Shown here: piece after piece, positions 12,001-17,345 of the stretch | Layout: each line of letters opens with the position of its first letter | Numbering within the stretch: the first letter of the stretch is position 1 | Source: an uncultured delta proteobacterium | Lineage (GTDB): Bacteria; Desulfobacterota; Binatia; UBA9968 | NCBI GenBank assembly: GCA_963816145.1 | Contig: CAWFJP010000003.1 | Span: 128,001 to 192,000, forward strand | Length of the DNA stretch: 64,000 bases | Reading direction: 5' to 3' | Notes under the pieces: model-generated | Databases searched by the model: none | What the model was told of the DNA's origin: nothing | What the model saw: the letters and a program-made list of their open reading frames with translations, nothing else | Made by a program: the position numbers and the translations under genes

Positions 12001-12998
12001 AGCTTTATATTCTTGACGGCAACCTTCAGCCCGTACCCATTGGAGTGTCAGGAGAGATCTATATTGGTGGAGACGGCTTAGCCCGGGGTTATTTAGGCCG
12101 TCCTGAACTGACCAGAGAAAAATTCATAGCCAATCCATTCAGTGTCGATACTACAAGCCGCCTCTATAAGACCGGCGATCTAGCTCGCTACTTGCCTGAC
12201 GGTAACATCGAATTTTTGGGACGAATGGACCATCAGGTGAAACTCCGCGGTTATCGCATCGAACTCGGTGAGATCGAGGCGGTGCTTGGACAACATCCCG
12301 CGATCCGGCAGGCGGCTGTGCTCGCACGGGAAGTTGATCCTGAAGATCGTGCGGTTTCGCCCGGAACCGACACGCGGCTGGTGGCGTACGTGGTCGCTCG
12401 ACCAGAAATTTCGACGAATGAACTAAGAAGCTTTGTGAAACGGAAATTACCGGAATTCATGGTGCCATCGGCGTTCGTAATGCTCGAAAGTCTACCGCTC
12501 ACCCCCAACGGCAAGCTAGACAGAAAAGCCCTGCCGGCAGCGGATCAGGGTAGACCGGATCTAGAAGTAGGCTACATCGCCCCTCGTACAGCTACGGAGG
12601 CGTTGTTGGCCGGGGTTGCGGCCGGGGTTCTGAAGCTGGACCGGGTCGGCATCCATGACAACTTCTTTGACTTGGGCGGTCATTCGCTGCTCGCCACCCA
12701 GCTTATCTCCCGCATATGGGAAACCTGCCAGGCCGAGATCCCCTTGCGCTTCCTGTTCGAGAGCCCAACCATCGCAGGCTTGGCCGAGCGCATCGATCAA
12801 GTTCGTGGTCATGGAGAGAGAAGACATGCCCGCCTAAAGTTTTCTACCGACCCGCGAGGAGAGAGTTCCGCTCTCCTTTGCGCAGCAGCGGTTGTGGTTC
12901 TTGGACCAGTACGAGCCGAACAGTTCGGTTTACAACATCCCCAGCGCACTGCGTCTCAAAGGATCATTAGACATCGCGGCCCTGGAGCAAAGTCTTAA
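69..12998 (+). CDS. Multimodular NRPS, (C-A-T)x4; predicted Val-Asp-Thr-Gly; reading frame shifts near 12840 into module 5
   Basis: Four C domains (HHGLFDG, HHIVSDG, HHIAWDH, HQIVSDG), four A domains (YTSGSTG, YG(P/I)TE, Y(K/R)(T/S)GD, (N/H)GK(V/L)DR) and four T domains (FFxLGGHSL). Hand-read specificity codes: DAFWLGGTFK, DSTKIGHVGK, DFWNIGMVHK, DILQLGMIYK. The last ~50 aa are out-of-frame C-domain sequence. Confidence 0.96.
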   Translation: MQIEDSYPLTPIQHGMLVHSLSAPQSGVYIQQLVSVLREKLNLSAFQRAWEQVLRRHPALRTSFFWENTEQPVQRVHRDVVLPLQNLDWRDRDLDDQENQLERFLQSDRQLGFHLDQAPLMRLTLIRCAQTEYRLIWTSHHGLFDGRSRVLLLNEVFAFYEAICRGDNLNLSNPPPYRSYIDWLQKQNISKAETFWRTRLKDLNAGQSLAENHRQATPQPAQSYGKKTVRLSKTDTRALRSMVGRYQLTPNTLLQGAWSLLLSRYSGEEVVVFGATRAGRHAAFEGADSVVGLLINTVPVPVHVSPNSRLLPFLQSLRSQWIAMRDYEHTPLVKIHEWSPLSPGQPLFDNLLVFENYQLNALMREQGEQWKARDFHLRGTTHYPLTVAGYLGPHLSLEITYDHQLFDDETIERMLDHLRTLLVEMIHQPNRQLVDIPLLSPTERHQLLCEWNETKTDYPKDECIHELFEIQTEKTPDAIALICDNEQLTYRELNSRANRLAHFLDKLGVGPDMLVGICMERSIEMIVGLLGILKAGGAYVPFDPCYPEERLEFMLGDTHVHIVLTDVIGLASLPATSARVVCLDRDWEAIAKEPEVNSSSRSTADSLAYVIYTSGSTGLPKGVEVRHRGVVRLLFGVDYVQLDRAQTIVQLAPLSFDAATFEVWGALLHGGKCVLFPEKVPSPGELEELLKKYQVTTLWLTAALFNLVINEEPQALSGVKQLLVGGEALSVPHVRKGLAELPGTEIINGYGPTESTTFTCCYRIPRELDEGLSSIPIGRPIGNTQVYILDPYLNPVPIGVAGELHVGGDGLARGYLNLSELTAEKFVKHPFSNDPHARLYKTGDRARYLPDGNIEFLGRIDNQVKLRGYRIELGEIETVLNQNPAIRDAVVTLREDSPGDKRLIAHVVTHQQSSPTNNELKNYLREKLPEYMVPSAFLFLESLPLTPNGKVDRKALPGPDHSRPELDVAFAIPATPVEEILANIWAEILKLDTVGIHDNFFHLGGHSLIATQIVSRINQSFQIDFPLRKLFESPTIAGLAERIDQSLGQQQVPTLLIPAVPRAKDPPLSFAQQRLWFLDQYEPNSSVYNIPSALRLKGSLDIAALEQSLNEIVRRHESLRTTFAAVDGEPLQLIAPALRMSVPITDLTHHSASDREHEAQRLATEQAREPFDLSQGPLLRVLLLCLGQDDHVLVLSMHHIVSDGWSRGVFYHELSMLYQAYTQGNPSPLSELPIQYADFAVWQRQWLQGEVLEDQLSYWKKQLAGAPALLQLPTDRPRPAVQSYRGAVQSIELSQELAQGLQALSARQGVTLFMTLLAVFQTLLYRYTGQNDIVVGSPIANRNRAEIEGLIGFFVNTLVMRTDLSGNPTFKELLTRVRETALGAYTHQDLPFEKLVEELHPQRSLSQSPLVQVLFVMQNTPDIAATLDGLRVVAMPIDAETAKFDLTFSLAESSEGLKGFWKYSTELFDKTTIDTMIGHFHVLLQAIAADPDRRIGELLLLSEEERRRLLVEWNDTARDYPKDKCIHKLFEEQAERSPDAIAVVFEDQRLTYEQLNRQANQLARHLMDLGVGPEVLVGIYLERSQEMAIALLGVLKAGGAYVPLDPSYPNDRLAVMLEDSHLAVVLTDKKYSGRFGHAAMVCLERDRAKIARRNDTNFEAKVSAKNLAYVVYTSGSTGKPKGVAVEHQSLVNYTWEIVRRLKPASNNSFAMVQPLTVDSCITMIFPSLISGSVLHVVSRERALSADELGDYLQRESIDFLKIAPSHLGALQQAGSPPQLMPRRCLIIGGEGSRWEWARSLQTLAPNCTVLNHYGPTETTVGVLIYPMRPADSNQEHPLGTPLGRPIANTQAYVLDGSLRPVPVGVTGELYIGGDSLARGYLNQPKLTRERFIADPFSEDPAARLYKTGDVVRYLSDGNIEFLGRIDDQIKIRGFRVEPAEVEAVLLKHPQVAQAVVAPGDTTEAQTLIAYVVPAADRQPSLSDLRDFVKTKLPEYMVPSNFLLLDALPRTAHGKVDRKSLPPLDRSRRAPEASDVVRRKATEELLASIWTELLNLDEVGIQDNFFDLGGHSLLAMQLISRIRDVFRIELSLRSLFEAPTVVGLARRIELAKQQSSMFKALPITPEAIDNHCPLSFSQERFWFFEQLAPNNSANHLTHGFRLTGPLNIEALERSFAEIVRRHETLRTTFQLRNGKPVQTIAGHWSFRISIADLSKEPPDDLDREIQRLFEAEQRQGFDLTADLMLRATLLRLSLNDHVLFFSRHHIAWDHWCLELFYRELSNLYRAFSNGKPSPLPQLPIQYRHHALWQRKAFEEGEFERHLVYWRRQLSGTPPGLNLPHDYPRKPLGKRRGSRKRLVLPKSLSGGLRALSRERGVTLFMTFLAAFQTLLHRLTGENDIVVGTPVAGRDRSEIEGLIGLFLNTLALRTDFSDDPNFLELLRRVREVALGAYDHQELPFEKLIEELQPQRDLTQTPIFQLFINMYNFNEAGVELDRLTVTPMRPVEQGPQFDIEFFVREHDDGTHCIFLYDLDLFDAATIDRMLGHFQILLEGIVRDPDRRVSELPLLTDAEKQQLLIEWNDPRVNYPKNQCIHQLFEQQVEKTPDTVAIVFDDQQVTYGEVNNRANQLAHYLHNLGVGPEVLVGICVERSFEMIVGILAILKAGGAYVPLDPSYPKERLAFILEDSRAAVLISQSSLIAGLPVHNATVLCLDQDWGEISTQSQDNPPPLTTPDNLAYVIYTSGSTGTPKGALIPHHNVVRLFRATDSWFHFGPDDVWTLFHSYAFDFSVWELWGALVHGGRLVIVPFDVSRSPREFYELLCREQVTVLNQTPSAFRQLVQAEESITDTSRLGLRLVIFGGEALDFQSLRPWFERHGDQRPRLINMYGITETTVHVTYREIKEADLSVGGSSLIGAPIPDLELYVLDSHRNLVPIGLPGELYVGGAGLARGYLNRSGLTAERFVGHPFDDGEGRRLYRSGDLVRRRADGDIEYLGRIDNQVKIRGHRIELGEIETVIAQHPEVRESVVLAREDVAGDKRLVAYLVARQDLSPGNAELRKFIKQRLPEYMIPSALVLLDELPLTANGKVDRKALPAPEQVRSNSGAIYSAPRTPAEELLAGIWAEILKLDKVGIHDNFFHLGGHSLIATQVVSRINKAFQIDFPLRRLFESPTIASLADSVQASMEIEKDSRTVRSIVPVPRSNHTPLSFAQERLWFLDRLDSGRPTYNIPAAFRLAGDLNLNALEQSLNELVRRHEALRTVFATVNGNPVQKILRSLVFSLTPIDLSELPEHEREPALQSLLKEEAERPFDLSRGPLIRSRLWRFAPHDHVLALNMHQIVSDGWSMGVLYRELSALYRACCAGVRNPLPELPIQYADYALWQRDCFQGEKLDEQVCYWRKQLDGLSTLQLRTDHARPAMQTYRGSSQSIELSPQLSQALKGLSQRDGVTLFMTLLAAFQTLLCRHCGQQDIAVGTPIAGRARQESEGLIGFFVNTLVLRADLSNNPTFKELLGQVRETTLEAHTHQDLPFEKLVEELHPERNPSISPLFQVFFELQNAGDPSLDLGGLSAIPIHTSSSTAKFDLSLTLTDRQGDLRASLNYNTDLFDASTIARMLAHFQTLLEGIVANPDQRVSELPILTEAEKHQLLVEWNNTQSDYPKDICIHQMFEEQVEKSPDAIAVVFKDQQLTYRELNCRTNQLARYLQKLGVGPDVLVGIYVERSIEMIVGVLGILKAGGAYLPIDPDYPRERIEFMLEDSRAAFLLTQAQIDVLEPTFAGVRIAIDQDWQEIARESITNVGQQLDPKNLAYVIYTSGSTGKPKGVMIQHSSVVNLLASMARQPGLSETDILLAVTTFSFDIAGLEMYLPLTVGARIVVARRDVATDALRLAQLLSDCGATAMQATPATWRMLLAGGWQGSRELKILCGGEALADDLAMQLVQRCASLWNMYGPTETTIYSAIQRVATNVSRVTLGRPIANTQLYILDGNLQPVPIGVSGEIYIGGDGLARGYLGRPELTREKFIANPFSVDTTSRLYKTGDLARYLPDGNIEFLGRMDHQVKLRGYRIELGEIEAVLGQHPAIRQAAVLAREVDPEDRAVSPGTDTRLVAYVVARPEISTNELRSFVKRKLPEFMVPSAFVMLESLPLTPNGKLDRKALPAADQGRPDLEVGYIAPRTATEALLAGVAAGVLKLDRVGIHDNFFDLGGHSLLATQLISRIWETCQAEIPLRFLFESPTIAGLAERIDQVRGHGERRHARLKFSTDPRGESSALLCAAAVVVLGPVRAEQFGLQHPQRTASQRIIRHRGPGAKS
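3267..4312 (+). repeat. Near-identical ~1.05-kb C-domain repeat, copy 1 (module 2)
   Basis: Matches 12868-13913 at offset 9601. I saw one mismatch in the first ~790 bp and scattered mismatches after that. Confidence 0.95.
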
Positions 12999-15900
12999 CG
13001 AGATCGTGCGGCGCCATGAATCGCTGCGGACGACCTTTGCAGCGGTTGACGGCGAACCGCTTCAGCTGATCGCGCCGGCACTGAGGATGTCGGTGCCGAT
13101 AACCGATCTGACCCATCATTCCGCAAGCGACCGTGAGCACGAAGCGCAAAGACTGGCGACCGAGCAGGCGCGCGAGCCGTTCGATCTTTCCCAAGGCCCG
13201 CTGCTCAGAGTCCTGCTGCTTTGTCTCGGCCAAGACGATCACGTTTTGGTTTTATCGATGCATCATATCGTATCGGACGGCTGGTCGAGGGGGGTGTTTT
13301 ACCACGAGTTGTCCATGCTCTACCAAGCCTACACCCAGGGCAACCCCTCGCCGCTTTCCGAGTTGCCGATTCAATACGCTGATTTTGCCGTCTGGCAGCG
13401 CCAGTGGCTGCAAGGAGAGGTGTTAGAGGACCAGCTATCCTACTGGAAAAAACAACTTGCCGGGGCCCCGGCTTTGCTCCAACTTCCCACCGATCGGCCG
13501 CGACCGGCAGTGCAGAGTTATCGCGGCGCGGTCCAATCGATAGAACTGTCCCAAGAGCTGGCCCAGGGACTCCAAGCGCTCAGCGCTCGACAAGGGGTGA
13601 CCTTGTTCATGACTCTGTTAGCGGTCTTCCAAACCCTGCTTTACCGCTACACAGGACAAAACGACATCGTTGTCGGCTCGCCGATCGCCAACCGCAACCG
13701 GGCTGAGATAGAGGGGCTGATCGGGTTTTTTGTCAACACCCTGGTACTGCGCACCGATCTCAGCGGTAATCCGACATTCAAAGAGTTGTTAACCCGAGTG
13801 AGAGAGACGGCTCTCGGCGCCTACACGCATCAGGACCTGCCCTTTGAAAAGCTCGTCGAAGAACTCCACCCCCAACGCAGCCTCGGGCGGTCGCCGCTGG
13901 TTCAGGTGCTGTTCAACTTTCTTGAAACACAAAACGACCGGCTGTCCCTTCCCGGTTTAGATGCATCGCCGTTCGGAGCCATTGCCATACCCTCTAAATT
14001 CGACTTAACGCTGTACGCCGTCCCGAAGTCGGAGCGGCTCACTTTGACAGTCAGTTACAATGTTGATCTGTTTGACGACACAACCATTAGCCGCATGCTC
14101 GGGCACCTTTGCTCGCTTCTGGCGGCTGTCACAGCGGACTCCGATCGTCGTTTGTCGGAACTGCCACTTTTGACCGACGACGAAAGGCGCCAATTGCTGG
14201 TGGAGTGGAGCGGCTCGGAACCTCACACACCCGAACATCGCTGTATCCAGCACCTCTTTGAAGCTCAGGTTCAGCGAACCCCGGATGCCATCGCGCTCAC
14301 CGACGAGCACCTTAGCTTGACCTACTCCGAGCTCGATGGACGGGCTAATCAGTTTGCCCGTTACCTCAGAACGCGCGGCGTGGCATCGGAAGACTTGATC
14401 CCGATCTTTATGGAGCGCGGCTGCGATATGGTGATCGCGGTGCTAGGGATTCTCAAAGCCGGCGCCGCCTACGTGCCGCTGGATTTTGACTATCCCAGGA
14501 TGCGCCTTGCCTACATGCTGGGAGACACGCGGGCGACTCTGCTGGTAACCAGTGCGCCGTGTCTCAACCGACTACCGGAGTACAAGGGAGAAATCATTTG
14601 CTTTGATCGGGATCGGCACCTCTTTGAGAAAGAATCTGCTGGCAATCCTAGTTGGGCGACGAGTGCCGCCGATCTTTGCTATGTGTATTACACGTCGGGC
14701 TCCACGGGAACGCCTAAAGGAGTCCTCACATCGCACAGAGGACTCGCGCGCTACTGTGATTTTCTCGCCGACGCTTACAATCTCAATAGTACAGATAGCG
14801 TCCTGCAGCTGGCGTCCTTTTCTTTCGACGCTTCGGTCCGCGACATGATCGCTCCGTTGACGGTCGGGGCGCGGGTCGTGCTGGTGAACCAACAGGGAGC
14901 CAAAGACCCGACGGTGCTGATCTCCAAGATCAAGCAAGAACGGATAACTTGTCTGCTCAGCACGGTGCCGCCGATGCTCAACGAGCTGGCCGAAACCATG
15001 CTAGCTGAGGTCAGCCCGAGACACGACAGCCTCCGTCTCATCCTGGTGGGAGGCGAGGCTCTGCGCGGGTCTTTATGCCGCAAGGTTCATGAGGTTTTTG
15101 GAGAAAATACTTTGTTGGTTAATCAGTACGGTCCGACCGAATGCACAATGACCTCGAGCTATCATCCGATCTCGTTGGCCGACCACCAGCACCCGACCGC
15201 GCCGATCGGTCGACCGATTCCGCATACGCAGCTTTATGTATTGGATGACGACTTCAACCCAACGCCCGTGGGAATAGAAGGCGAGCTATACATAGGCGGC
15301 GAAGGGTTAACCCTAGGGTATCTCAATCGTCCCGATCTAACTGCTGAAGGATTTATTCCCCATCCCTATAGCAACAAGCCGGGGGAGCGGCTGTACAGAA
15401 CCGGAGACGTTGTTCGGTATCGCTCCGACGGCATTTTCGATTTCGTCGGTCGCCGTGATGGGCAGGTCAAAATCCGCAGCATCCGCATCGAGCTGGGAGA
15501 GATCGAGTCGGTGCTCGGCCAACATCCGAAAGTACGTGAAGCCGTCGTTCTAGCACCAGAGGATAGCACCGGAGAGAAGCAGTTGGTCGCTTACGTTGTA
15601 GCGCAACAGGAAGCCGCACCCACCGATTCGAAGTTACGCGACTTTCTCAAACAGCGGTTGCCCGAACACATGGTACCCGCGTTTTTCGTGTTCCGTCCTG
15701 CTCTACCGCGTAGCCCCAACGGCAAGGTGGACCGTAAGGCGCTTCCTGCCCCGGACTTTAAACGCCGTGAAACCAATGCCACCTTCGCGGCGCCGCGTAG
15801 TGTCTTTGAAATCAAACTCGTAAAACTCGCCGCCGAGATCTTGAAAATAGATAAGGTCGGCATTCACGACAACTTGTTCGACCTGGGCCTACACTCCTTG

Positions 15901-17316
15901 TCCGCCACACAGCTAGTATCCCGCGTGCGCACCAAGCTGGGCAGAAAACTGCCACTGCGGCATATTTTTGAGGCGCCGACGATCGCCGGGCTCGCTAGGT
16001 TGATCGAGACACTCGCCGATGAGAACAACCCTGAGCCGATCGCGAGCGGCCAGAAAGCCGAAACGGAATTGATCCCTAAACGTATCCCGAACAAGACCCT
16101 GTCTTCTCAACGGGTCAATGGCGACGCCAGGCCGCTATCGATCGAACGACGATCGCTGCTGTCGCTTCTGTCCGCCGGAAAGATCCAGCCCGTCGATGCC
16201 GCCGCGTTGAGTTATTTGTCGGAGGACTTTTTCCAGCACATGGGGTTGTCGCCCGATGCGGCTCTTTATGACTGGTTCGACGAACTACCCTGCGTGTTCG
16301 GCATCAATGAAACCCACCTGGGCCGGATAGCCAATATCGGGTTGCCTCGGCTGCGCTCCCGCCTATACGACGATCAATCGGATCTCGTCAGCTTGATTCT
16401 CGACGCCTTGGAAATATCCCATCGCATCGGGGCACGTGTTGTTTCCTTGACCGGCTTGCTGCCCTCGGCAACCAACTACGGGCAGGCTGTCGCGGAGGTC
16501 ATTTCCGCAAACGATCGCTATCCTCTCGTCACCACCGGTCATGCGACGACTGTGTCCACCGTCGTCATGACCATCGAAAGGATTTTGCGCGAAGCGGGCA
16601 AAATCCTGGCGGAGGAAAAGGTCGCATTCCTCGGGCTGGGATCCATTGGTTACACCACGCTTCGCCTCATGCTTCACAGCCTGCCCCATCCAAAGTCGAT
16701 TACGCTTTGTGATATTTATAGCAAGCTCGATCACCTAAAAAGCATTCGCGACGACCTGATTCATGACTTGCAATTCGCCGGCTCCATTCGGATAGTCGAG
16801 TCCAAAGGAGAAGTGCCTCGGGAAGTTTACGCCGCCGGCCTCATTGTCGGAGCCACCAATGTGCCCGATGTGCTGAATATCGAACAGATCAGACCAGGAA
16901 CCGTGATCGTCGACGACTCGGGTCCGCATTGCTTCAATCCCGATGAGGCTGTGCAGCGCTTTAAAGCCGACGAGGATATTCTATTCACTGCCGGCGGCGT
17001 TCTTCGGCTCCCGGAACCTTTCCAGCGCACTCTGTATTTGCCTCAACGGGTGCAGGAACAGATGCCGCCAGCTGTCCTCGATGCCATATCCAGATACAAT
17101 CCGGTCAATCTCGGCGGCTGCGTGCTTTCAGGGCTGCTCACGGCGCGTTATGAACATTTGACGCCGACGATCGGCGTGGTCGATGACGCGTCTTCAAAGT
17201 CGCACTATCAAGTGCTCCAGGGATTAGGCTATCAGGCGGCTGCCCTGCAGTGCCGCGGCTATACTCTGCCCGAAGAGTCCGTGCGAAAATTTCGAAAACG
17301 ATTCGGTTATGTATGA
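12838..17316 (+). CDS. NRPS module 5 (C-A-T) plus C-terminal acyl-ACP-reductase-like Rossmann domain; probably the frameshifted continuation of 69..12998
   Basis: The frame opens after TAA at 12835-12837 and reads SFLPTREERVPLSFAQQRLWFL (C1 motif), so the listed TTG start at 12892 falls inside the C domain. Motifs: HHIVSDG, YTSGSTG, QYGPTE, LFDLGLHSL, then TTGH, GLGSIG, VDDSGPH and GGC. Confidence 0.9.
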   Translation, partial: SFLPTREERVPLSFAQQRLWFLDQYEPNSSVYNIPSALRLKGSLDIAALEQSLNEIVRRHESLRTTFAAVDGEPLQLIAPALRMSVPITDLTHHSASDREHEAQRLATEQAREPFDLSQGPLLRVLLLCLGQDDHVLVLSMHHIVSDGWSRGVFYHELSMLYQAYTQGNPSPLSELPIQYADFAVWQRQWLQGEVLEDQLSYWKKQLAGAPALLQLPTDRPRPAVQSYRGAVQSIELSQELAQGLQALSARQGVTLFMTLLAVFQTLLYRYTGQNDIVVGSPIANRNRAEIEGLIGFFVNTLVLRTDLSGNPTFKELLTRVRETALGAYTHQDLPFEKLVEELHPQRSLGRSPLVQVLFNFLETQNDRLSLPGLDASPFGAIAIPSKFDLTLYAVPKSERLTLTVSYNVDLFDDTTISRMLGHLCSLLAAVTADSDRRLSELPLLTDDERRQLLVEWSGSEPHTPEHRCIQHLFEAQVQRTPDAIALTDEHLSLTYSELDGRANQFARYLRTRGVASEDLIPIFMERGCDMVIAVLGILKAGAAYVPLDFDYPRMRLAYMLGDTRATLLVTSAPCLNRLPEYKGEIICFDRDRHLFEKESAGNPSWATSAADLCYVYYTSGSTGTPKGVLTSHRGLARYCDFLADAYNLNSTDSVLQLASFSFDASVRDMIAPLTVGARVVLVNQQGAKDPTVLISKIKQERITCLLSTVPPMLNELAETMLAEVSPRHDSLRLILVGGEALRGSLCRKVHEVFGENTLLVNQYGPTECTMTSSYHPISLADHQHPTAPIGRPIPHTQLYVLDDDFNPTPVGIEGELYIGGEGLTLGYLNRPDLTAEGFIPHPYSNKPGERLYRTGDVVRYRSDGIFDFVGRRDGQVKIRSIRIELGEIESVLGQHPKVREAVVLAPEDSTGEKQLVAYVVAQQEAAPTDSKLRDFLKQRLPEHMVPAFFVFRPALPRSPNGKVDRKALPAPDFKRRETNATFAAPRSVFEIKLVKLAAEILKIDKVGIHDNLFDLGLHSLSATQLVSRVRTKLGRKLPLRHIFEAPTIAGLARLIETLADENNPEPIASGQKAETELIPKRIPNKTLSSQRVNGDARPLSIERRSLLSLLSAGKIQPVDAAALSYLSEDFFQHMGLSPDAALYDWFDELPCVFGINETHLGRIANIGLPRLRSRLYDDQSDLVSLILDALEISHRIGARVVSLTGLLPSATNYGQAVAEVISANDRYPLVTTGHATTVSTVVMTIERILREAGKILAEEKVAFLGLGSIGYTTLRLMLHSLPHPKSITLCDIYSKLDHLKSIRDDLIHDLQFAGSIRIVESKGEVPREVYAAGLIVGATNVPDVLNIEQIRPGTVIVDDSGPHCFNPDEAVQRFKADEDILFTAGGVLRLPEPFQRTLYLPQRVQEQMPPAVLDAISRYNPVNLGGCVLSGLLTARYEHLTPTIGVVDDASSKSHYQVLQGLGYQAAALQCRGYTLPEESVRKFRKRFGYV
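12868..13913 (+). repeat. Near-identical ~1.05-kb C-domain repeat, copy 2 (module 5)
   Basis: Direct repeat of 3267-4312; the ORF track shows nearly identical shadow ORFs in both copies. Confidence 0.95.
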
Positions 17317-17345
17317 ACTCCGCCGCTATCCGTGGATGAATCCAA

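Noticed and set aside
12892-12894. TTG as an independent start for a second NRPS gene
   Set aside because: It falls inside the C1 motif (PLSFAQQRLW) and has no clear RBS; a frameshift explains the data better.
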